Assembly: GCA_937920585.1 (NCBI GenBank)
Contig: CAKZSB010000026.1
Coordinates: 22,984-46,983 of the forward strand
Reading direction: 5' to 3'
Length of the DNA: 24,000 nucleotides
Source of the DNA: an uncultured Granulosicoccaceae bacterium
GTDB lineage: Bacteria; Pseudomonadota; Gammaproteobacteria; Granulosicoccales; Granulosicoccaceae
Position 1 is the stretch's first letter. Each line of letters begins with the position of its first letter. Position numbers and translations under genes: made by a program. This document shows positions 1 through 9,315 of this stretch, piece by piece. The notes below the pieces were generated by a model. The model made no database searches, was not told where the DNA came from, and saw only the letters and a list, made by a program, of their open reading frames with translations.

Positions 1-687
1 GCCGGCATCAGCATGGAGACCGTTGACGCATTGATGGCAAAACCCATCGGCCTGCCGCCGACCGGCCTGTACGGTCTGATCGATCTTATCGGCCTGGATG
101 TAATGGATCTGGTAGCGAAGAACCTGGCAGCCAATTTACCTGCATCGGACCCGGGACTGGCATTTGCATCCCTGCCCGCCACCGAGGCCGCCATGCACGC
201 CAAGGGCCAGCTCGGCCGAAAAACCGGTGGCGGTTTTTACAAAATGACGCGCACCGACGATGGCGGAAAGTTCATGGAGACATTCGATCTTAAGCAAACC
301 GACTGGCGACCAATGGAGCCTGCAACACTTGCCGAAGCCCATCAGGCGATTGAAACCATGCTGTTTAGCGATGACGCCGAAGGTCGATTCGCATGGGATC
401 TGATGAGTGCCACGCTTAGCTATAGCAGTGCGCTGATACCCGAAATTTCCGATGATATCGTCAATGTCGATCGCGCCATGAAGTGGGGGTTTAATTGGGC
501 ACAGGGCCCGTTTGAATTGCTCGACAGCATTGGACCGGTTCAGTTCGCTGAGAAAGTGGCCGCCACCGGTGGCACGGTCGATGGCATGTTGAAAGTGTTA
601 ACTGACAATGGCCACAGCAGCTTCTATCGAAATAACGGCACGGAATTCCTGACCTTGGATGGGAACTATGCGAAGGTGGCGAGTTAA
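1..687 (+). CDS. 3-hydroxyacyl-CoA dehydrogenase (C-terminal part; gene begins upstream of window)
   Basis: The reading frame is open from base 1 (GCC GGC ATC AGC ATG...). Motifs 'RKTGGGFYK' and 'IPEISDDIVNVDRAMKWGFNWAQGPFELLDSIG' are typical of the C-terminal domain of FadB/FadN-type 3-hydroxyacyl-CoA dehydrogenases. The frame stops at 685-687. Confidence 0.88.
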   Translation, partial: AGISMETVDALMAKPIGLPPTGLYGLIDLIGLDVMDLVAKNLAANLPASDPGLAFASLPATEAAMHAKGQLGRKTGGGFYKMTRTDDGGKFMETFDLKQTDWRPMEPATLAEAHQAIETMLFSDDAEGRFAWDLMSATLSYSSALIPEISDDIVNVDRAMKWGFNWAQGPFELLDSIGPVQFAEKVAATGGTVDGMLKVLTDNGHSSFYRNNGTEFLTLDGNYAKVAS

Positions 688-699
688 AAATCCGCTGAT

Positions 700-732
700 A
701 ACAGGGCAGCAGAAAACGCTGCCCTGTTTTTT
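700..732 (+). terminator. Rho-independent terminator downstream of the 3-hydroxyacyl-CoA dehydrogenase gene
   Basis: ACAGGGCAGC (701-710), a 7-nt loop, GCTGCCCTGT (718-727), then a T-tract. This is a perfect 10-bp stem, extendable by an A/T pair, 13 nt after the stop codon. Confidence 0.93.
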
Positions 733-739
733 AATTTCA

Positions 740-2440
740 CTAACCGGATTCTTCGGATCTGGCCTGGCGCAGTAAATTGTACAAACCGTTCAGCACATCG
801 CTGCGGTAAATTATGCCGGACAACTCCACCTTTCCTTCTATCGTTGTGGTGACCGGCGCGTAGTTACTATTGAGCTGATCAAGTGTTTCAAGTGCTGCAG
901 ATAATCGTGTGCTTGCGGGCACTGCGTGCTCTTTGCCATGCATGATGGAATCACATCGAGCCTCCCGCCCGGCTGTCGCCGCACCGGCAACGAGTACGTC
1001 AGTCGACAGGCTGCCGACAAAATTGCCTTGCGGATCGCAAACAATGGCAATGAAACATCGTTTGTCCACCATCAGGCGCTCCACGTCATGAATCGGTGAA
1101 TCGGCCTGTACCGATACATAGCTCTGCAGCACCAGCTCATCGATCGTACTGGTGCGCAACAGACTTTGGTCGCGACCAGTATTGATATTCAGCGAGCGGC
1201 TCGACAGTTGCCATCGAAAGAACGAACCATGCGGAAACAATTGCATCAGGGTGCTCGCCATCGCTGCGGCCAGCATGACCGCGATCACCAGGTCGTAGTC
1301 GAGTGTCAGTTCGAACACGATCAGCAGTGTGGAGATAGGTGCACCGAGCATGGCGGCCGCCACGGCTGCCATTCCCACGACGGAATAGACTCCCTGGCTG
1401 GAGAGTGCGTTGGGCATGACAACTTCCAGCAGAACCCAAAAAGAACCGCCCAGCATGGCGCCAATAAACAGTGACGGACTAAACACCCCGCCCGCCATTC
1501 CGCTGCTCAGCGCGAGGGCGCTACACGCCCACTTTAGCAGCAACAGAACAAACAATAGTTTGACGGGCAATTCCTGGCTCAATGCCTGCGAGGTTCCCTC
1601 GTAGCCAACCCCCAGTATCAACGGGTACTGAAATGCAGCAAGGCCGATAACCAATCCTGCCAGCGCCGGTCGCACCAGTACCGGCAGGTTTGAGTACTCC
1701 CAGAATTGTCGCAGCATGATAACCAGGTAAATGAACGCCTGCACAAAAGCCGCTGCCACAAGCCCCAGCAACGCGAATAGTGGCATTTCCCAAAGTGATC
1801 CAATGGCATAGTCGGGCAATGCAAATTCCGGCGAATTGCCATACATGTTATGGCGTACGATCACCGCCCCCATTGCCGCGATGACAACCGGTGCAAACAC
1901 CCGCAGCGCATAGTAGCCAACGATCACTTCCAGCGCGAAGATCACCCCTGCTATCGGTGTGTTGAATGATGCAGTAACCGCAGCGGCTGCGGCACACCCC
2001 AGTAGTGTCAACGACTGGGTTCGATCGAGCCGCATTACCTCCGCCACCCATGAAGTCAGCGATGCACCAATGTGAACAGCCGGCCCCTCACGCCCCAGCG
2101 GCGCACCGGAGCCAAGAGAAATTCCAGTGGCAAGTGCCGCAACGAACCCCGAACGGACGTCCATCTTCCCCGCACGCAGCGCACTGGCTTCCATTACATC
2201 GGCAATACCATGTATCCGGTTACCTGGCAGGAAGTGCAGCAGCGCGCCAACCATTACACCACCCACTACAGGCGCCAGAATCAGGTACCGCCAATGACCA
2301 AACTCAGCGCTATCGAACAGTACTACGCGCTCGATCATCAGAATGAATTCTATTAATACAACCGTGCTGAATCCAACCACAACACCGATCGCGAGTGCGA
2401 GGAGAAAAAAACCGATGCGTTGTTGAAAAAAGTGACGCAT
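740..2440 (-). CDS. CLC-family chloride channel / H+-Cl- exchanger with C-terminal CBS-like region
   Basis: CLC signatures GSGAP, GREGP and GGVFSPSLFIGAMLGG, with a multi-TM hydrophobic body and a C-terminal CBS-like segment. The ORF track starts at 2578, but MRHFFQQRIGFFLLALAIG at 2440 is the more plausible start because the upstream 46 aa look non-coding (Cys/Arg rich). Confidence 0.9.
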   Translation of the reverse strand: MRHFFQQRIGFFLLALAIGVVVGFSTVVLIEFILMIERVVLFDSAEFGHWRYLILAPVVGGVMVGALLHFLPGNRIHGIADVMEASALRAGKMDVRSGFVAALATGISLGSGAPLGREGPAVHIGASLTSWVAEVMRLDRTQSLTLLGCAAAAAVTASFNTPIAGVIFALEVIVGYYALRVFAPVVIAAMGAVIVRHNMYGNSPEFALPDYAIGSLWEMPLFALLGLVAAAFVQAFIYLVIMLRQFWEYSNLPVLVRPALAGLVIGLAAFQYPLILGVGYEGTSQALSQELPVKLLFVLLLLKWACSALALSSGMAGGVFSPSLFIGAMLGGSFWVLLEVVMPNALSSQGVYSVVGMAAVAAAMLGAPISTLLIVFELTLDYDLVIAVMLAAAMASTLMQLFPHGSFFRWQLSSRSLNINTGRDQSLLRTSTIDELVLQSYVSVQADSPIHDVERLMVDKRCFIAIVCDPQGNFVGSLSTDVLVAGAATAGREARCDSIMHGKEHAVPASTRLSAALETLDQLNSNYAPVTTTIEGKVELSGIIYRSDVLNGLYNLLRQARSEESG

Positions 2441-2597
2441 GATTAATAGTGACAGATGACCATCAGGTGTTCGTGTGTAGACAGTGTTTCGAATGCAATT
2501 GGCTGGCCGAAAGAAAACCCGCTGAAATTCTGACACCCGACAGCGGCAATACGCGCGCCGAATGCAGCCAGGCTGCACTCATGCGCGCTGGATTGAG

Positions 2598-3014
2598 CTA
2601 ACGCTGCTTCAATAAGTCTCTTATTTCCGACAGTAGCTCGACCTCACGTCTGGGCTTGTCGTCGTCAGCCTCGCCGGAGCGCATTCGATTCACCAGTTTT
2701 ATCACGACAAATATGGCGAGTGACACTATCAGGAAGCTGATAAGGGTGTTGCCAAAACTACCCAGATTCAGCGTAACCGCGCCAGCTGACTTTGCTGCAG
2801 CCAATGACGCATAGGGTGCCGCCTGCGCGCCCTCTTTGAGGACGATAAACACATTACTGAAATCGACGCCGCCCAGTAGTAATCCGACCGGCGGCATAAT
2901 GATGTCTTCAACCAGGCTACTGACGACAGTGCCTACTGCCGCACCAATAACGATTCCAACGGCCATATCGACGACATTACCGCCGAGTACGAACTTTTTG
3001 AACTCTTCGAACAT
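2598..3014 (-). CDS. mscL: Large-conductance mechanosensitive channel MscL
   Basis: 'MFEEFKKFVLGGNVVDMAVGIVIGAAVGTVVSSLVEDIIMPPVGLLLGGVDFSNVFIVLK' is a classic MscL N-terminus; length is 138 aa. Confidence 0.97.
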   Translation of the reverse strand: MFEEFKKFVLGGNVVDMAVGIVIGAAVGTVVSSLVEDIIMPPVGLLLGGVDFSNVFIVLKEGAQAAPYASLAAAKSAGAVTLNLGSFGNTLISFLIVSLAIFVVIKLVNRMRSGEADDDKPRREVELLSEIRDLLKQR

Positions 3015-3150
3015 GGAGCTTCACCTGCAATTGAGGAAATTGCATGATAGCAAACCCGACGTAACAAACAGGAATACCAGAGCCGCTCACGCCTGCCTGA
3101 GTTGCAGGGTATCCCCCTGACATTGCGCCAGGAGGATAGGCTGTGCGTTG

Positions 3151-3501
3151 TTAGCTGCCCGCTGCAGCCGGTTGCACAGGCTTTTTCTCGCCAGCGGCGG
3201 GCGACGCTTTCGCAGTGGTCGCTGACGGCTTCGAAGTCAACGAAATCAGGGCGCGATTGCGATCGAGAATTTTGTTGCCAATTCCCTTGACCTTGGTGAG
3301 GTCGTCGATACTGGTGAAGTTGCCATTGGCCTTGCGATACTCAACGATCGCAACAGCCTTTGACTGACCAATACCAGAGAGATTCTCGGCAATGGCAGCC
3401 GCATCGGCTTTGTTGATGTTGATCAACTCGCCGGCGCTGGCAAAAGGGGAAAGTAAAACGAGGAAGGAAGCAACAAGAATACTACGTACTAAATGGAACA
3501 T
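3151..3501 (-). CDS. Secreted ComEA-family helix-hairpin-helix DNA-binding protein
   Basis: Signal peptide (MFHLVRSILVASFLVLLSPFASA) followed by 'ININKADAAAIAENLSGIGQSKAVAIVEYRKANGNFTSIDDLTKVKGIGNKILDRNR', a tandem HhH ComEA-type domain. Confidence 0.93.
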   Translation of the reverse strand: MFHLVRSILVASFLVLLSPFASAGELININKADAAAIAENLSGIGQSKAVAIVEYRKANGNFTSIDDLTKVKGIGNKILDRNRALISLTSKPSATTAKASPAAGEKKPVQPAAAGS

Positions 3502-3686
3502 CTAATTTCTCCAACTACTAAATTACACCTGGCAGAATGACTCAGGCAGCTTCAGGCTAGCATGCAGTTCTCTCTGTTTTAATGATGGATATCACATTTG
3601 CACGGCAAAGTGACGAACTGTCGCTCTGCAATCCAGTGCCTGCGTCTATAACAACGTGTTCGGCAACCACTGTGCCGCACAGATGT

Positions 3687-6302
3687 TTATGCGGTCAGGC
3701 TGACGGAATCGATTTCCATTACCGGCAGACGAATTTCTATCGTGGTGCCTGTGCCCTCCACACTGCTGGCGGTAACCTTGCCACCGTGTTGATTGACTAC
3801 TTTCGCCACCAGTGCCAGGCCAAGACCCGTTCCGGCATACTGCTTCTGCGCCTGTGGATCTCTGTGAAAACGCTCAAACAGCATACCTATTCTGGCCGCC
3901 GGAATGCCTATCCCCTGATCCGAGACTCGGGTGACAACTTCATCTCCTCCCTCAAGCCGGGATGAGATTGACACCTGTGACTCTGGCCCCGAATATTTAA
4001 TGGCATTGCCTACCACGTTTATAAACGCACGCTCGAGCAAACTGGCATCGGCAGAGATCCAGATTTCATCCTCGACATTTTCAAGCTTCAGAGAAATATT
4101 CTTTTGTCGCGCCTGTGGCAGCAGTTGATCAACTGTGTTCTCAACAATATTTTCGAAAAACACTGGCTGTAACTGGTCGGCTTTCAGATGTTCTGCACGA
4201 GTGACACCCAACAGATCATCAATCATTTTCAGGGTTTTGTTGATATTCCTTTCCACTTGCCCCAACGCGGCAATGGAGTCATCACTGGACTCCTCTCTGG
4301 CCTGATTAACCAGATAAAGAGATGAGATGAGTGGTGAACGCAGATCGTGAGACAGATATTCAATCAACTCTCCGCGCAATCGTTCAGCACGACGAATTTC
4401 GCTCAGATCGACAACGCTGGCTACCACCAGACGATCAGACAATTCAGCGCCGAGAACGCTGAAATCCGCTACGAGCTCTCTTGAACCCATAACCGTGTTG
4501 ATTTGCCAGCTCTCGCCATCCAGCATTAACGCTTCAAACTGCCGTCGATCTATTTGATCCGGGTCCTTTTCCAGCATGAGCAGAAAATCACGCAGAGATT
4601 TGTTCACCAGGCTTTCCGCTTCGAACATACTACTGGCCATTTCATTGACTCGCATCATCTCACCCACAGCATTCCATACGAGCAGACCAGCCGGACTACC
4701 GTTAAAAATGTTGTCGTCCAACACCTTCAACTGCATGATGCGCTGGTTTTGCTTGCTCAGTCGGTCGGCATCATTCTGCAAATTCTCAATCGTACCGCCC
4801 TCCACCGGCACATCGACCATGCGCTGCACACGCGAAGCGTTATCAACGAAACGACCGAACTGCTCATTCAACGTTGACTGCCCAAAATCGAAACCGACCA
4901 CCAGCTGGGTTTTGCCATCAAAACGCTTTGATCTGAAACCATCCTTTAGTGTCCAGTCGGCACTGGTGATCCGGTCGAGTTCCAACCCGTCGACATCGCC
5001 CTCAGCGAGGTGATCGTCTACCTGCAGAAACCAGCGCTTTAATCCAAGATGGCTGACCGCGCTTTGAAAAAGGTTGCTGACCGGCAGCTGCCCCGTTAAA
5101 CCAATGTCATCATCATAGATGGCGAGCTTGTTCGTCTCGGAACGCAGAAAGCGACCGGCAAATTCAAGCCGATGCCAACTCCATAGCGGAAACGCCATCA
5201 ACACCGGGACTACCGCCAGCAGTGGTGCAAACCAGATTCGGCCAATCTCGTAAACCAGATAGCTGATGAGGATCGGTGTTAGTGCAAACGCGATAGTGCA
5301 GAACAGGCCCCAGCGCGGCCTGAGGCGCGCGTAGATAAACAGCAACAGCGTGATTGACAGGAACACCAGCACATAGGCGGGCCAACTGCCGATCCGCTCG
5401 ACCATATCGCCGCTGCGCAGCGCACTGTAGATATTGGCGTGCACTTCCACACCGGGGATCGGTTGATCGATACCGAGAATGGGCGTGGGCACTACGTCTG
5501 CCAAACCGCTTGCAGTCAAACCAAAAAAAACAACGTTATTGTTGAAGACTGTTGAATCAAAATCGTTGTTAAGTACATCGAGTGCCGGCACAACGCTAAA
5601 GGTATTCTTCGGACCGTGGAACGGTATTAAAACTTCCTTGTCACCTCGCCACTGCAGCGTGGGACCGATGTCGTTAACGACGTCACCTGGTAACGGATCG
5701 GGTGCGGTGCCCAGTACTTCCATTGCCGCCAGCGGCAAAATAGACCAGTGAGGGTGCTTGAATCCCCCCTTGAGATGAGCTCGACGGACAATACCATCGC
5801 TGTCGATCGGTAAAAACACATGACCGAGTTCACGCGCAGTTGAAGAAAAAGCGGAGATCGGCAGGCGTTCTGCCAGGTTGGGATCGGATCCGCGTCCCTC
5901 CGTAATAACAGGAAGCACCACTCGCCCGGAGGATTTAAGCGCCTCGGCAAAAGCGGTGTCCGCATCAGGATTCTGGCGATCGTGCTCCGAATACAATATA
6001 TCGGTGATGATGACTTTGGCACCAGCTTCGCTGATATTGTCGATAATCTTCGCCTGATCAATCCGGGTCCACGGCCAACGGCCGTGGGCGGCGACACTTT
6101 GGGAATCGATACCAACGATTACCAGATCATCGGAAGGCTGCGACTGACCGAGCCTGACCCAGGCATCGTAAATCAGGCTGTCTACCTTCTGTGTTACCTG
6201 CGCCTGATCCATCAACAACGTTACTGCAGCAAAAAACAGACAGAATCCAAGTAAAGTCTTGTAATTTAATCTCCGCTGCCTGGATTGTTCGGACTTTACC
6301 AA
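3687..6302 (-). CDS. CHASE2-domain sensor histidine kinase (CHASE2, TM segments, PAS-like region, HisKA, HATPase)
   Basis: N-terminal TM, then a CHASE2-like extracytoplasmic domain ('DSLIYDAWVRLGQSQPSDDLVIVGIDSQSVAAHGRWPWTR'), three hydrophobic segments, H-box 'EYLSHDLRSPLISSLYL', N-box 'NVVGNAIKYS', G1 'DQGIGIPAARIGMLFERFHR' and G2 'GTGLGLALV'. Confidence 0.93.
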   Translation of the reverse strand: MVKSEQSRQRRLNYKTLLGFCLFFAAVTLLMDQAQVTQKVDSLIYDAWVRLGQSQPSDDLVIVGIDSQSVAAHGRWPWTRIDQAKIIDNISEAGAKVIITDILYSEHDRQNPDADTAFAEALKSSGRVVLPVITEGRGSDPNLAERLPISAFSSTARELGHVFLPIDSDGIVRRAHLKGGFKHPHWSILPLAAMEVLGTAPDPLPGDVVNDIGPTLQWRGDKEVLIPFHGPKNTFSVVPALDVLNNDFDSTVFNNNVVFFGLTASGLADVVPTPILGIDQPIPGVEVHANIYSALRSGDMVERIGSWPAYVLVFLSITLLLFIYARLRPRWGLFCTIAFALTPILISYLVYEIGRIWFAPLLAVVPVLMAFPLWSWHRLEFAGRFLRSETNKLAIYDDDIGLTGQLPVSNLFQSAVSHLGLKRWFLQVDDHLAEGDVDGLELDRITSADWTLKDGFRSKRFDGKTQLVVGFDFGQSTLNEQFGRFVDNASRVQRMVDVPVEGGTIENLQNDADRLSKQNQRIMQLKVLDDNIFNGSPAGLLVWNAVGEMMRVNEMASSMFEAESLVNKSLRDFLLMLEKDPDQIDRRQFEALMLDGESWQINTVMGSRELVADFSVLGAELSDRLVVASVVDLSEIRRAERLRGELIEYLSHDLRSPLISSLYLVNQAREESSDDSIAALGQVERNINKTLKMIDDLLGVTRAEHLKADQLQPVFFENIVENTVDQLLPQARQKNISLKLENVEDEIWISADASLLERAFINVVGNAIKYSGPESQVSISSRLEGGDEVVTRVSDQGIGIPAARIGMLFERFHRDPQAQKQYAGTGLGLALVAKVVNQHGGKVTASSVEGTGTTIEIRLPVMEIDSVSLTA

Positions 6303-6315
6303 GAGTACATACCGC

Positions 6316-7665
6316 CTAGCGATCCCTGCTCGCTGCTATCAACACGACCGGTGTGTACCGGGAGACCAGGGTTTCATCGACAAGTTGCCGGTAACGCAGG
6401 TAGATATCGCGACTGTTATCTACCGGTATGTTAAACGCCTCGCCATTACCCAGGTCATAGCTTCGGTAATCCGCAAGCACAATCTGGCCCTCATGCGTTT
6501 CTATCCGGTCAGATATTTGAATTTCGAATTGCTGCCGAGGGTCGATTCGACGTTTTTCAACCCGCAGCATATCCAGGCTCAAGCCAATTGATAAATCCAG
6601 CGGCGACAATTCGGGCGCAAGATCCACTGCAACCACTCGTTGCGTCGCCGGGTAGCCACGCAAACCATTTTCATCCACACCGCGGACACCCACCGTATAA
6701 TCCCCGGCAGGAAATTCTATTGCGCTGTAGTTAAGAGAACTGCTTGTCCTTGCCAACGGTTCACCGCCACTGCCGAAGCTGAGTTCGTAACTTGCCGCGC
6801 CCGGCAATTCCAGCCACTCAATCCTGTCTTCCGGGCTGACCCGCATGTAATGAGGCAGATTGGTTATGACGGGTGGCTGAAGTAAATCGTACAGGCGGCT
6901 GACCGATTGCCCCTCACCACCTACTACACCCTTCCCACCGGGTACTGATTTTTCTGCTTCGCTACTGGAAATCAGCACCTCACCTTCCGCAACGCCGAGC
7001 GTGTTGCCAACGATGCCGTCGGTCTTCGATACGGTAAAATCAAACACCGTTCCTCGAACCACTGCAGACGCATAGGGTGTTTTTATCGTGAAGTTGGTTG
7101 GTCTTTCAAACCCGTTGCTATTAACCTTGACGGTCGCATCACCTTGCTCCGACCACAGTGTGATTTGACAGCTGCCTGCCGTGTCAGCACACTCGATCTC
7201 ATCGATTCTGAAATCACTTTGCGGTTGAATATTGACTACCGACTCACTGGTGAAACTCAGACTAATGAAACCGTCTTCCGTTTTCACGCTTTCACCAATG
7301 TAGACGCGCTGACCACGCTCAAGTGGTTTACCCGCCTGCCCGCCAATCTCAAAGTAGGTGGCCTGGCCACTGAAGTAGTCGACCACTGCATAACCTCGAT
7401 GCCTCAATAACGCACCTGGCACAGTAATCACCTGCCCGGGACTCAGGGCATGCGGATCAACCATATCGTTGTAGCGAGCAACTTCCTGCCACTTGTCTGT
7501 CGCGCCTGAGACACGTTCGACTATATCGATAAGGTTGTCGCCCGGCTTCACCGTGATTTTCAAATCCGGTGCTATTTCTTCTGCAAGAAGTACTGACGTG
7601 CCGATCAGCGTTATTGCTAACGCTGTAGCCGCACGCCTGAACAGCTTCGGCTTGTCGATGCCCAT
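6316..7665 (-). CDS. Secreted/periplasmic LysM-FecR domain protein
   Basis: Signal peptide, LysM ('ITVKPGDNLIDIVERVSGATDKWQEVARYNDMVDPHALSPGQVITVP'), and FecR-type domain ('GDATVKVNSNGFERPTNFTIKTPYASAVVRGTVFDFTVS'), followed by two fibronectin/Ig-like segments. The gene ends 13 bp upstream of the CHASE2 kinase start. Confidence 0.88.
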   Translation of the reverse strand: MGIDKPKLFRRAATALAITLIGTSVLLAEEIAPDLKITVKPGDNLIDIVERVSGATDKWQEVARYNDMVDPHALSPGQVITVPGALLRHRGYAVVDYFSGQATYFEIGGQAGKPLERGQRVYIGESVKTEDGFISLSFTSESVVNIQPQSDFRIDEIECADTAGSCQITLWSEQGDATVKVNSNGFERPTNFTIKTPYASAVVRGTVFDFTVSKTDGIVGNTLGVAEGEVLISSSEAEKSVPGGKGVVGGEGQSVSRLYDLLQPPVITNLPHYMRVSPEDRIEWLELPGAASYELSFGSGGEPLARTSSSLNYSAIEFPAGDYTVGVRGVDENGLRGYPATQRVVAVDLAPELSPLDLSIGLSLDMLRVEKRRIDPRQQFEIQISDRIETHEGQIVLADYRSYDLGNGEAFNIPVDNSRDIYLRYRQLVDETLVSRYTPVVLIAASRDR

Positions 7666-7818
7666 ATCACCCCCCTTTCCGGAGTATTCCGCGTTTATCT
7701 TCTGTTTGTAATAGCGGAAGGCGCAGAGAAAGCTTGGATTATGACTGATCTGGCGTGCGCCAGATGTTAAGCATTGTGCCCTGGACCGGCACAGTGCACG
7801 AATTCACCTGATCAGACT

Positions 7819-8523
7819 TCAGCTCCCGGTGTATTCCTCCAGCCGATAGCCGTGCTGATAAATCGATGTCAGCTTCCATTTCTCGGTTGCGGAGAGATTG
7901 AGTTTCTTGCGCAAACGACTTGCGTGGGTGTCGACCGTACGCGTATTGAGTTCAGCGGAAGTACCCCAGACCGAAGTGAGCAGATGTTGCCGGGACAGGA
8001 CTCGCCCGCGATTTCGGAACAGGAACAGTGCGAGATCATATTCTTTCTCGGTCAATCGCACTTGTTCGCCGGATACGCTGATCAGCCTGTTGCTCGTATC
8101 GAAGACATACGGGGCATATTCCAGTATTTCTGTTTCAGGCTGCGCACGCCTTGCCATGGCTCCAATTCGCGCCAGTAACTCATGCTGGCGCACCGGTTTG
8201 ACGAGGTAATCGTCAGCCCCGGCCTCCAGTGCCGCGACGATATCTGCCTCTGCCTGGCGTGCAGTGATGAAAATCACCGGCACATCGCTGACCAGGCTCT
8301 GACGCAGCCATCGGAGGATTTCAACGCCAGTTGCGTCTGGCAGATTCCAGTCCAGCGTAACGATGTCGTAACTGGTTTTGCGGAAAGCCCGCTGGAAATG
8401 ATCCGGTTCATGGAATACCTCACACTGATGTCCACGTTCAGTTACCCATCCGCTCACGCGATTCGCCTGATCGACATCGTCCTCAAGCATCCCTACCCGC
8501 AACACCTGTGTATCTACCGACAT
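7819..8523 (-). CDS. OmpR/PhoB-family response regulator transcription factor
   Basis: Receiver domain with acidic pair (EDD), phosphoacceptor in 'DIVTLDWNLPDATG', 'FITA', 'KP', and a C-terminal winged helix 'VRLTEKEYDLALFLFRNRGRVLSRQHLL..VDTHASRLRKKL..YQHGYRLE'. Confidence 0.95.
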   Translation of the reverse strand: MSVDTQVLRVGMLEDDVDQANRVSGWVTERGHQCEVFHEPDHFQRAFRKTSYDIVTLDWNLPDATGVEILRWLRQSLVSDVPVIFITARQAEADIVAALEAGADDYLVKPVRQHELLARIGAMARRAQPETEILEYAPYVFDTSNRLISVSGEQVRLTEKEYDLALFLFRNRGRVLSRQHLLTSVWGTSAELNTRTVDTHASRLRKKLNLSATEKWKLTSIYQHGYRLEEYTGS

Positions 8524-8597
8524 GTTACAACCTCCCGTTCTTCGATAACCAGTTCAACCATTGCGACCCATGCCCTTCAAGTCGAAGAGCCGAAATA

Positions 8598-9242
8598 TCA
8601 GGCTGGTTCTGCACTGGGGTTAAAATAATGACGGCCGGCCTGGACGGTCAATATCTGTTTCAACAGCCGCCTATAATCCTGCTCACACTCATCGAAATCA
8701 ATCTCGGCAGCGTTAACAATTAAAACAGGTGTATGGTCGTAGGTATGGAAAAAGTTGGTGTAGGCCTGCTGCAATCGCGCTATATAGCTACTCGCAATCG
8801 ATTGTTCAGAGCTTATTCCGCGTTTTTCGATGCGTTCGTAAAGTACGTTCAGGGGCGCCTGCAAATAGATCACGAGGTCTGGCACAGGCAGATCGAATTC
8901 CAGTTCAGCACTTATTTCACTGTACAGATTAAACTCATCTTCATTTAACGTGAGCTCGGCAAACAGCCGATCCTTGTGCCACAGGAAGTCAGACACCCAA
9001 CAGCGGCTGCTTTCGTCCTGTCCCAATTGCCGCAAGGCCCTGCGCCGCGACATCAGAAAATGCAGTTGGGTAGGCAGTGCGACACTGGCCGGTGAGCGAT
9101 AGAATTTGTTTAGAAACGGATTCTGCGCAGCTTCTTCCTGCACCAACCCGGCCTTCAGGGATCGAGCCAGCCGTCGTGCCAGGGTTGTTTTACCCACCCC
9201 GATTGGCCCTTCTACCGCTACGTATTCAAGTTGATGCTGCAC
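8598..9242 (-). CDS. Deoxynucleoside kinase family protein (dNK/dCK-dGK type)
   Basis: P-loop 'VEGPIGVGKTTLARRLA', 'DFLWHKDRLFAELTL', 'DLVIYLQAPLNVLYERIEKRG', 'YFHTYDHTPVLIVNAAEIDF'. Confidence 0.88.
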   Translation of the reverse strand: MQHQLEYVAVEGPIGVGKTTLARRLARSLKAGLVQEEAAQNPFLNKFYRSPASVALPTQLHFLMSRRRALRQLGQDESSRCWVSDFLWHKDRLFAELTLNEDEFNLYSEISAELEFDLPVPDLVIYLQAPLNVLYERIEKRGISSEQSIASSYIARLQQAYTNFFHTYDHTPVLIVNAAEIDFDECEQDYRRLLKQILTVQAGRHYFNPSAEPA

Positions 9243-9315
9243 GCGTGCGCTCCTGTAAATTTCCGGGGTTCTTGCTCGGCGCCGAGTCTCACACTAAGTC
9301 CTGCGCCCAATTGCG

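Noticed and set aside
3582-3965. 127-aa + strand ORF partly in the comEA-like/CHASE2 kinase gap
   Set aside because: Overlaps the kinase C-terminus and has no signal peptide, domain or credible composition.
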